Positions 10,883-18,500 of a stretch of DNA of 64,000 bases are shown piece after piece (the stretch's first letter is position 1; every line of letters starts with the position of its first letter). The notes under the pieces were generated by a model. That model searched no databases. It was not told the origin of the DNA and worked only from the letters and a program-made list of their open reading frames with translations. The stretch spans positions 3,677-67,676 of the forward strand of contig CAYSPV010000002.1 of NCBI GenBank assembly GCA_964433025.1, given 5' to 3'. A program made the translations under genes and the position numbers. Origin of the DNA: an uncultured Staphylococcaceae bacterium (GTDB lineage Bacteria; Bacillota_I; Bacilli_A; RFN20; CAG-826).

Positions 10883-12172
10883 TTATAAATCTAAACTACT
10901 AGGATCAAGTAAAAATTGTTTTAAACCAATAATTAGATATCCTTTTTCATCTCTTCTAGCTTTTATATTTTTTTCTACAATAATTATTTTTTTAAATGAA
11001 TCATTAGTTTTATCAAAAGATCTAGTTTCTTGTTTTAGTTTTTCATCACTAGGAATATCATAAGCTGATTGAATATAAAAGCGCTTACTTCCTAAGTTAG
11101 CCACAAAATCGATTACTAAAGTTTTTCTTTTAGCACCACCATTAGAGTAGTCCCTAGTATCAATTATTCCTACATCAACATTATAGCCACGATATCTTAG
11201 CTCATTATAGATAATGTTTTCCATAATATGATTAAATTCAATTTGTCTAAAATCTAACTGAGCATTTCTAAGTCCTACATCTTCAAAATATATCTTATAA
11301 GGAGTGTTAATATATTTTTTACCTTTAATATCATATCGATTTACTTTAGAAATAATAAAAGCATCTTCCATATAATTTATATATCTATCTATAGTTGGAG
11401 CAGATAAACATGTATTTTTTAAAGTCTTAACAGTATTAACTAATTTATTAGGATTTATTAACGTTGAAATACCTGAGGCTAATATATTTAATAAGTCATT
11501 AAGATTTTCATCACTGCTTAAATTATTTTTTAAGACTATATCTCTAAGATATACATTTTTTATTTGAGTTTTTAAATAAGTTGATTTTTGTTCAGCAGTT
11601 TTCATCTCTAAAGTAGCAGGAAGTCCTCCATAAACCATATATTCATCAAGTGAGTACTCTTTATTTTCATAACTAGCGTAAAACTCAGAAAACGATAAAG
11701 GAAATACGTGTATTTCATCCCCTCTACCCGCGAACTCACTTAATACATCTTTAGAAAGAAATTTAGAATTACTTCCAGTTACATAAATATCTAAATTATC
11801 TTGTCTTAAATATCCATTTAATACAGCTTCAAAATAGTCAAGATTTTGTACTTCATCTAATAAAAGATAATACATATCATTATCTTTGATTTTATTTTCA
11901 ATAAAATTCATAAACTTTTTAGGATCTACTTTTTGATTGTTTTTATTTAGTTGGTGTAAATCTTCATCAATTAAAAGTAAATCTTGTGCAGAATCAAAAG
12001 CAAACCTAATGATATGATCTTCTTTTACACCATTATTTATTAAGTCATTATAAAAGATTTTATTTAATAAATATGATTTTCCACTTCTTCTAATTCCAGT
12101 TATAACCTTAACAAAACCATTATGTTTTCTAATGTTTAACATTTCTAAATATTTATTTCTTTTAATTTCCAT
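10883..12172 (-). CDS. AAA-type ATPase with C-terminal DUF4143-like domain
   Basis: Walker A ITGIRRSGKS, Walker B YYLLLDEVQ, and 429 aa, the typical AAA_14+DUF4143 length. Confidence 0.8.
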   Translation of the reverse strand: MEIKRNKYLEMLNIRKHNGFVKVITGIRRSGKSYLLNKIFYNDLINNGVKEDHIIRFAFDSAQDLLLIDEDLHQLNKNNQKVDPKKFMNFIENKIKDNDMYYLLLDEVQNLDYFEAVLNGYLRQDNLDIYVTGSNSKFLSKDVLSEFAGRGDEIHVFPLSFSEFYASYENKEYSLDEYMVYGGLPATLEMKTAEQKSTYLKTQIKNVYLRDIVLKNNLSSDENLNDLLNILASGISTLINPNKLVNTVKTLKNTCLSAPTIDRYINYMEDAFIISKVNRYDIKGKKYINTPYKIYFEDVGLRNAQLDFRQIEFNHIMENIIYNELRYRGYNVDVGIIDTRDYSNGGAKRKTLVIDFVANLGSKRFYIQSAYDIPSDEKLKQETRSFDKTNDSFKKIIIVEKNIKARRDEKGYLIIGLKQFLLDPSSLDL

Positions 12173-12180
12173 AACTTACT

Positions 12181-12222
12181 CCATTTTAGATTTTTGGTAG
12201 ACCTACCACTTTTCTAAAATGG
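12181..12222. promoter_or_regulatory. 42-nt nested inverted repeat (CCATTTTAGA...GGTAG-AC-CTACC...TCTAAAATGG) in the 5' leader of the DUF4143 ATPase gene
   Basis: Perfect 10-bp outer arms (12181-12190 / 12213-12222) and a 5-bp inner palindrome. On the minus strand the 3' arm ends in the GG of the GGAG Shine-Dalgarno, 6 nt before the ATG at 12172. Confidence 0.35.
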
Positions 12223-12320
12223 ATTATAACATATACATAAAAAATTACAATTATTTTAGTGATTATAATTTCTTAAAGTAAATTCATCTTTTTATCATTT
12301 TTTCTTATAAGAAAAAGTTA

Positions 12321-12349
12321 TTGATTAGATATTTTAACTATGCTAATAT
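12321..12349 (+). promoter_or_regulatory. Putative sigma-A promoter of rpmB
   Basis: TTGATT (12321-12326), a 17-nt spacer, TAATAT (12344-12349), and RBS AGGAGGTG at 12367-12374. Confidence 0.5.
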
Positions 12350-12383
12350 TTATAAGCGAATTAGCCAGGAGGTGTAATTAATT

Positions 12384-12572
12384 ATGTCAAGAGTATGCCC
12401 AGTTACAGGAAAAGGTCCATTAAGTGGAAACAATCGTAGCCATAGCTTACGCGCTACAAGAAGAAGATGGAACACTAATTTACAAAAATTCCGTGTTGAA
12501 ATTGATGGTAGAGTACAAACAGTTAGAATGTCTGCTCATGCCTATCGTTGCTTAAATAAAACTTCAAAATAA
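12384..12572 (+). CDS. rpmB: 50S ribosomal protein L28
   Basis: MSRVCPVTGKGPLSGNNRSHSLRATRRRWNTNLQ is the canonical L28 sequence. 62 aa. Confidence 0.95.
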   Translation: MSRVCPVTGKGPLSGNNRSHSLRATRRRWNTNLQKFRVEIDGRVQTVRMSAHAYRCLNKTSK

Positions 12573-12599
12573 ATTAAGACTTTTTTTGTTTATATATTT

Positions 12600-12622
12600 A
12601 GACTTATTAAAAGTCTTTTTTT
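12600..12622 (+). terminator. Weak rho-independent terminator candidate after rpmB
   Basis: AGACTT (12600-12605) / AAGTCT (12611-12616) stem with a 5-nt loop, followed by a T6 run. The stem is short and AT-rich. Confidence 0.4.
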
Positions 12623-13292
12623 ATGCCATAAACGCTATTAATAAAATTGTATTTATATAATAAATAATATATAAAGACCATTCACTATAACATAAGGCAA
12701 ACCATTTAGGTCTTTTATATTCTTTAGAGCCATCTTCTAAAGTTACTTCTTCTAATTTATACCATTTAAGTAAAGAAGGATTAAAACATAAAATTAAAGA
12801 TATTAATGTAGTTATACAAGATATGATAAGAATAATTAAAGACTTATTCGTGTAGTCATCCGCGAGTGTAAAGCCACTTATAATGATTAATGAAACACTT
12901 AATAATATTGAAAATAAGATAAATAATAAATCACCAAATAAATGATATCTATAATTTGACATATTAAATATTGAAATAAGAATAATTGGAATAATCATAA
13001 ATATTCCAATAACACAAGCTAAAAAGAATACTATATTTAAGCTTTGATCTATTCCACTTCCTTTAGCGATAATCAAATTAACAAACACTGCGATATTGGC
13101 AAATAAAGATAATAATAAAAGAATAACTCCTATTAAATAAAAAGAAGTTCTTCTAATTTGAATTAATTCATATAAATAATGATTTTTAAAATCAAATCTT
13201 TTTTTATCTATATGATAAAAATTACCACATAAAAATATAAGACCACATATAAAAAATAAAATAGAGACACATATTAAAATAAAATTAACCAT
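12621..13292 (-). CDS. Polytopic membrane protein of unknown function (about 6 TM)
   Basis: Hydrophobic throughout. Its start overlaps the rpe stop by 8 nt. No motif recognised. Confidence 0.5.
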   Translation of the reverse strand: MVNFILICVSILFFICGLIFLCGNFYHIDKKRFDFKNHYLYELIQIRRTSFYLIGVILLLLSLFANIAVFVNLIIAKGSGIDQSLNIVFFLACVIGIFMIIPIILISIFNMSNYRYHLFGDLLFILFSILLSVSLIIISGFTLADDYTNKSLIILIISCITTLISLILCFNPSLLKWYKLEEVTLEDGSKEYKRPKWFALCYSEWSLYIIYYINTILLIAFMA

Positions 13293-13932
13293 TTAATTTA
13301 TTAAATGCTTCATTAATATCTTTAGCTTTAAATAAATATGAACCTACGACTGCAATATCTAAACCAAGTTGAGCAAGTGTTATAATATTGTTGTTGTTAA
13401 TTCCTCCATCACATTCAATTAAAAATGAAGCTTCATTATTAATCTTATAATAGTTTAAATATAAAATCTTACTTAAAGCATTACGCATAAATTTTTGTCC
13501 CCCAAAACCAGGTTCTACGGACATAATTAATACTAAATCTACAAAAGGTAAGAATTGTTTAATATTTAAAATATCAGTGCCTGGTTTAATAGATAAACCA
13601 ACTTTAACCCCTTCATCTTTAATAGCCTGTATAACTTTAAAAACTTCTTCATCATTTTTACAAGCTTCATAATGGAAAGTTAAATAATCAATGTTTAAAG
13701 AAGTATAGTATCTATAAGTTTGTAATGGGTTAGAGACCATTATATGAACATCTTTTACAATAGAATTATCATCTTTTAAAGCTTCTAATATGGGTGTTCC
13801 AAAACTTAAGTTATTTACAAAATGACCATCCATAACATCAAAATGAATCCAGTTAGTAAATGGTTTAACTTTTTCTATTTCTTCTTTTAATTTTAGAAAA
13901 TCTGCATTTAAAATTGAGGCACTAAAAATCAT
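13285..13932 (-). CDS. rpe: Ribulose-phosphate 3-epimerase
   Basis: HFDVMDGHFVNNLSFG and MSVEPGFGGQKF motifs. Confidence 0.93.
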   Translation of the reverse strand: MIFSASILNADFLKLKEEIEKVKPFTNWIHFDVMDGHFVNNLSFGTPILEALKDDNSIVKDVHIMVSNPLQTYRYYTSLNIDYLTFHYEACKNDEEVFKVIQAIKDEGVKVGLSIKPGTDILNIKQFLPFVDLVLIMSVEPGFGGQKFMRNALSKILYLNYYKINNEASFLIECDGGINNNNIITLAQLGLDIAVVGSYLFKAKDINEAFNKLNG

Positions 13933-13945
13933 AATTTAAATCTCC

Positions 13946-14830
13946 TTATTTAAAGCCAAATACTCTTCCAAGAAAAGACTTTTTTTCTTTTAAAAGATCG
14001 GGGTTTTGCTTGATTTTTAATAAATCTGCTTGCATTTCCATGACACTTTCATATCTTTCTTTGGGATTTTTCTTACAAGCTTTATCCACTATTCTTTCAA
14101 TTTCTTTTGGACAATTGACAACATATTTTCTAATAGGTGGGAATTTATCTTTAACTTGACTAACCGCGACATCAACAGGATTAGATTTTTCAAAAGGTAA
14201 ATGACCAGTTAATAACTCAAAAAATGTAACCCCCATAGCGTAGATATCAGATTTAAATGTAGCAGGTTTACCTTGGGCTATTTCAGGCGCCATATAATGT
14301 ACTGAACCCACGACCTCATTAGTGTTCGTTAAATGCGATCTAATCTTTTCAATTTGGGCTATTCCAAAATCGCCTAATTTAATTGTCCCATCAGTCATAA
14401 TAAAGATATTATCAGGTTTAATATCTCTATGAACAATGTTATTGCTGTGAGCACAATTTAAAGCACTTGTAAGTTGAAGCATGATATCCACTGCTTCTTG
14501 TAAAGAAAATCTAGTTCTAAAATCTAAAGCTTCTTTTAAAGATTGACCATTTATAAATTCATAAGCTATATAGGGTCTACCTTCTACTACTCCATGATTA
14601 TAGATTTTTACAATATTAGGATCATTTAATTGGGCCACTATATTGGCTTCATTTTCAAAGCGCTTTAAATTTACAGGATTAGACATAACATCTTCTCTTA
14701 TAAATTTAATGGCCACAGTCTTTTTTAAAATAATATCATTAGCTTCATAAACTTCCGCCATTCCACCATGACCGACTCTTGACATAATACGATATCTTTC
14801 ATCAACAATATCACCAAATTTAATAGGCAT
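13946..14830 (-). CDS. prkC: Ser/Thr protein kinase (Hanks type), kinase domain only
   Basis: HRDIKPDN, DFG and APE motifs. The start was moved to M19 of the track ORF (ATG at 14830) because GGGAGG lies 9 nt upstream. No TM or PASTA region follows the kinase domain. Confidence 0.9.
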   Translation of the reverse strand: MPIKFGDIVDERYRIMSRVGHGGMAEVYEANDIILKKTVAIKFIREDVMSNPVNLKRFENEANIVAQLNDPNIVKIYNHGVVEGRPYIAYEFINGQSLKEALDFRTRFSLQEAVDIMLQLTSALNCAHSNNIVHRDIKPDNIFIMTDGTIKLGDFGIAQIEKIRSHLTNTNEVVGSVHYMAPEIAQGKPATFKSDIYAMGVTFFELLTGHLPFEKSNPVDVAVSQVKDKFPPIRKYVVNCPKEIERIVDKACKKNPKERYESVMEMQADLLKIKQNPDLLKEKKSFLGRVFGFK

Positions 14831-15581
14831 GAATCGAAGCCTCCCAATAAACAACTGCAATATTATCACTGCCTCCATTTGCATTAGCTAGTGATATAAG
14901 TTCATCACATTTTTGTTGTGGTGAATCATCTAATCTTAAAATAGTTTCAATATCAATCGTATTTACATTGTTATATAAACCATCACTACACACTAGTATT
15001 GGTTCATTATTATATTTTTTAATAGTTATATCCATAGTAACAGAAGGATAAACACCTAAAGCATTTAATAAGACATGTCTTTTTGGATGAGTTTTCATAT
15101 CTTCTTCAGATATTTGTCCACTTCTATATAAATAAGCTACATAAGTTTGATCTTCAGTTAATTGTTTTAATTTATTATTTTTATCTAAGGCATAACATCT
15201 AGAATCACCGATTTGGCCAATTATTAATTGACCTTTAGTGAGTAACACAAGTGTTAATGTAGTACCCATTCCTTTATATAAAGGGTTTCTAGATGCTTCA
15301 TCATAAACAATCGCGTTAGCTTTTTTAATAACACTTTTAATCCAAGCTTTAGCAAATATAGAGGCTAAAAAATTAGGAGCATCTAAAAATTGTTCGCTTA
15401 TATATTCTTTTACAAGTCTAGAAGCTAAATCACCGTGGTTTTGTCCACCCATTCCATCACAAACAAGTAATAAAACATCACCATGAGCATTAGTTAAAGC
15501 ATTTGCTTGATCTTCATTGGTGATACGTATTTTACCAACATCCGTTTTAAATGAATAAGTGCCTAATATTTTATTTTTCAT
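14820..15581 (-). CDS. stp: PP2C-family Ser/Thr phosphatase
   Basis: VCDGMGG and GGSDNIA motifs. Located upstream of prkC as in Bacillota. Confidence 0.9.
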   Translation of the reverse strand: MKNKILGTYSFKTDVGKIRITNEDQANALTNAHGDVLLLVCDGMGGQNHGDLASRLVKEYISEQFLDAPNFLASIFAKAWIKSVIKKANAIVYDEASRNPLYKGMGTTLTLVLLTKGQLIIGQIGDSRCYALDKNNKLKQLTEDQTYVAYLYRSGQISEEDMKTHPKRHVLLNALGVYPSVTMDITIKKYNNEPILVCSDGLYNNVNTIDIETILRLDDSPQQKCDELISLANANGGSDNIAVVYWEASIHAY

Positions 15582-16608
15582 CTTTTGCTCTTAACTGTCC
15601 ACATGCAGCATCAATATCCGCACCAAACTCTTTTCTTATTGTAGCGGTTATTCCATTTTTTATCAATCTATCAAGGAAAGCTTTTATTGTTTTTTCATCA
15701 CTTCTTTGATAATCGTTTTCTATAACAGGGTTATAGGGAATTAAATTAACGTATGCTAACATTCCTTTAATTAATTTTGCTAGTTCATCTGCGTTTTGTA
15801 AAGAATCATTAATACCTTTTAATAAAATATATTCAAAAGTTAATCTTCGATTAGCGATTCTTTCATAATCTCTACAAGCTGGTATTAATTTTTCTAAAGG
15901 ATAAACTTTGTTTATTTTCATTAATTTATTACGAGTTTCATTATTAGATGCATGTAATGAAATAGCTAAATTTATTTGTAATCCCTCATTAGCGTACCTA
16001 TATATTTTATCCACAATCCCACATGTTGACACTGTGATATGTCTAGCACCAATAGCAAAAGCTTTTGGATGATTAATTATTCTTATAAAATCCATCACAT
16101 TATCATAATTATCAAAAGGCTCACCTGTTCCCATTACTACGACATGACTTACTCTTTGACTAGGATCTTCTTCTTTTAATAATTGATCAATTATCATTAC
16201 TTGTCCCACCATTTCATCAACGGTTAAATTTCTTCTTGTTTTAAGTTGACCAGATGCACAAAAACTACAGCCCATATTACAGCCAACTTGAGAAGAAACA
16301 CACACCACATTACCATAAGAATAACGCATTAAAACGGTTTCAATTTTATTATTATCAGATAATTTTAAAAGTAATTTTATAGTGCCATCACTTGCTACTT
16401 GTTTTATATCTATTATAGGTAAATCAGCAACAAATTTTTCTTTTAATACTTCTCTAAAACGTAAAGAAATATCGCTCATTTTATCAAAATCAGCGACTCT
16501 TTTTTCATATAACCAAATATATAGTTGTGTTGCGCGATACTTTTTTTGATCTAATGACAACATCAGATCTTCTAATTTTTTTATTTCTAATCCATAAATA
16601 TTAATCAT
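15571..16608 (-). CDS. rlmN: 23S rRNA/tRNA (adenine-C2)-methyltransferase, radical SAM
   Basis: CNMGCSFCASG radical SAM cluster motif, a C-terminal catalytic Cys region (DIDAACGQL), 345 aa. Confidence 0.95.
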   Translation of the reverse strand: MINIYGLEIKKLEDLMLSLDQKKYRATQLYIWLYEKRVADFDKMSDISLRFREVLKEKFVADLPIIDIKQVASDGTIKLLLKLSDNNKIETVLMRYSYGNVVCVSSQVGCNMGCSFCASGQLKTRRNLTVDEMVGQVMIIDQLLKEEDPSQRVSHVVVMGTGEPFDNYDNVMDFIRIINHPKAFAIGARHITVSTCGIVDKIYRYANEGLQINLAISLHASNNETRNKLMKINKVYPLEKLIPACRDYERIANRRLTFEYILLKGINDSLQNADELAKLIKGMLAYVNLIPYNPVIENDYQRSDEKTIKAFLDRLIKNGITATIRKEFGADIDAACGQLRAKDEK

Positions 16609-17908
16609 TTATTTTAGAGCCTTTTTTTAAAAGCGCGACAAACATCATTTCACCTTCATTTTCATAAGGGAATACTTGTCGTTGCTTTTCAATTGTAAAC
16701 TCTTTGTTTTTATTTATAAAGTCAAAAATAATCGTTTCACCTTCTTTTTTATTTAAGGTGTTGACTGCATAGAGGAGGTAACCACCATCTTCGACAAACT
16801 TTGAAGCTTCAGATAAAGTATTTCTTTCATTTTCAATTAGTTGATCTAATGAATCTTGTTTAAAAACTAAGAAATAATCAGGTTCACCTTTTAGACGATA
16901 TAAATTTGATGATTCTGGCATAACTACAAATAATTGAGATTTATTTGATATACCAGTAATTAAAGCCGATGGTTCACATTCAATAAAATTAACATTTTTA
17001 ATTTGATATCTATTAGCGATTGTTTTAAAAGAAAATAAATCTTTATTAGGAGTAATAAATATATCCATTGCTAGATTGTTATTATATTTAAAAGCATAAT
17101 TTAAGAATATGTTATTTATAGTACCTAAATAGAAGTAAACAGATTTAAGTACATCAATATCAATTCCATCCATTATTTCTTTTAAAATTAATGATACTTT
17201 TGCTACTTTGTTCGCTACTAGATATTTTTTTCTTCTAATAGGTTCTTTTCCGACATATTTAACAATGTCTTCATAATCAGTATCTAATAATTCATTTTTA
17301 TAAGTATCAAGTAATTGAGCTTTATTATTTTTATTAGTGTTCAACAATAAATAATTTGGTAAATATTTTTGTAAACATTTAACAGTTTTTAAGGCTTTAT
17401 TTGTGCCAAATTGACTCTTCCACATTTTATATATCCATTCTGGAATATTAAATCTTTGAGAAATAAATTCTGTGGATATTAAATATCTATTGTAGTCTTC
17501 ACTATCTTTTTCAAATTTAGAAATAATTAATGGTTCATTATTTTCTACTTTATCTTTGTATATTTCTTCAAAGATAGCTATATCAAAATTAATATTATTT
17601 TCTTTAATAAAATTATTTAAAAATTCAAAGCTTTCTTCTTTAGAAAATCTTTTTAAAAACAACCCATTAGCGAGTATTAACCCCAAAGCATATCTTAAAT
17701 TATCATTTAACTGTTCAATTTTAGAAGATAATACATTGTTAAATACAATGTAATGTCTTAAATAACATCCACATAAAGCTGATATATCAGAAGATTGTAA
17801 TTCTTTCCCATCTTTATCTTCAAAACTTTTTTTAAGGGCTAAATGGAAAGATACATGATTATTGATAATTTCTTTTAAGATGTTGATTGACTCATAATAA
17901 GCTTTCAT
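16601..17908 (-). CDS. RsmB/Sun-like protein (NusB-like N-terminus plus methyltransferase-like C-terminus) lacking catalytic motifs
   Basis: It sits in the rsmB slot between priA and rlmN, and its length and domain order match RsmB. By-eye alignment shows no DxCAAPGGK, and PCS and TCS are replaced (MPESSN, AVNT). Confidence 0.6.
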   Translation of the reverse strand: MKAYYESINILKEIINNHVSFHLALKKSFEDKDGKELQSSDISALCGCYLRHYIVFNNVLSSKIEQLNDNLRYALGLILANGLFLKRFSKEESFEFLNNFIKENNINFDIAIFEEIYKDKVENNEPLIISKFEKDSEDYNRYLISTEFISQRFNIPEWIYKMWKSQFGTNKALKTVKCLQKYLPNYLLLNTNKNNKAQLLDTYKNELLDTDYEDIVKYVGKEPIRRKKYLVANKVAKVSLILKEIMDGIDIDVLKSVYFYLGTINNIFLNYAFKYNNNLAMDIFITPNKDLFSFKTIANRYQIKNVNFIECEPSALITGISNKSQLFVVMPESSNLYRLKGEPDYFLVFKQDSLDQLIENERNTLSEASKFVEDGGYLLYAVNTLNKKEGETIIFDFINKNKEFTIEKQRQVFPYENEGEMMFVALLKKGSKIND

Positions 17909-17922
17909 AAAATATACCTCAT

Positions 17923-18375
17923 TTAGTTGTTATGAAAATGGTCTTTATAATCTTTAAATATATCTCCTGTAAATATCTCTTCTTCTTCATCGATTTCTTC
18001 ATAATCGATGTCTATTTCTTTTGAATTTTCTTCATCTAAATATCTAGGATAATCATCATTAATATAAAGATGTCTAGAATGTAGATGATAATATGTAAAA
18101 TTAATTTCTATATTAATCGCGTATAATTTAATAGAGTTAATAATAAAATCATAGATTTTATCTTCTAAGGCTTTTAATTGTTCAGGGGCATTAAAATTAA
18201 TAATGACATGCCAAGAAGTTTGTTCATATCCATTATGAAACACCATATTATTTGGACTAATAAAATTAATATTTTCTTCACTAGTTTCACAAAGTTTAGC
18301 TAAATTTGAAGTAATTTCTTTACTTATTTGTTGAACAACAAATTGATCTAATCCATAGATTGTAATATTAATCAT
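17923..18375 (-). CDS. Small acidic-tailed protein, possibly DUF1904/tautomerase-fold-like
   Basis: The start was moved to the second ATG (18375), which has GAGGT 7 nt upstream. The N-terminus MINITIYGLDQFVVQQISKE resembles DUF1904-type proteins from memory only. The C-terminal tail is D/E-rich. Confidence 0.35.
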   Translation of the reverse strand: MINITIYGLDQFVVQQISKEITSNLAKLCETSEENINFISPNNMVFHNGYEQTSWHVIINFNAPEQLKALEDKIYDFIINSIKLYAINIEINFTYYHLHSRHLYINDDYPRYLDEENSKEIDIDYEEIDEEEEIFTGDIFKDYKDHFHNN

Positions 18376-18500
18376 ATTAATAACCTCACGCATATATTAT
18401 TGTAAAATTAAAAACAAATGTAAAGCATTTAAATTTATTTAAACTAGACATATTTTTTATTTTATTTATTATTTTTGCTAGAAGTCTGCAAATATTTGTT

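Noticed and set aside
10883-12172. DUF4143 AAA ATPase as a stand-alone defence or abortive-infection gene.
   Set aside because: There is no effector partner, and the neighbours are housekeeping genes (glgC, rpmB). This family is widespread as singletons of unknown role. Only the upstream palindrome is reported.
14831-14884. N-terminal extensions of track ORFs: prkC 14831-14884, trxA 53811-53825, MFS 56644-56691, the lipoprotein 23247-23261 and the small acidic protein 18376-18393.
   Set aside because: In each case a downstream ATG has a well-spaced GGAG/GAGGT Shine-Dalgarno, and the conserved protein or signal peptide begins there. The extensions are hydrophobic or odd and overlap the upstream gene.
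18394-18500. AT-only palindrome TTTAAATAAATTTAAA and other dyads in the priA-downstream spacer, considered as a terminator or operator.
   Set aside because: Such A/T-only dyads are expected by chance at this base composition. There is no stable stem or T-tract arrangement.
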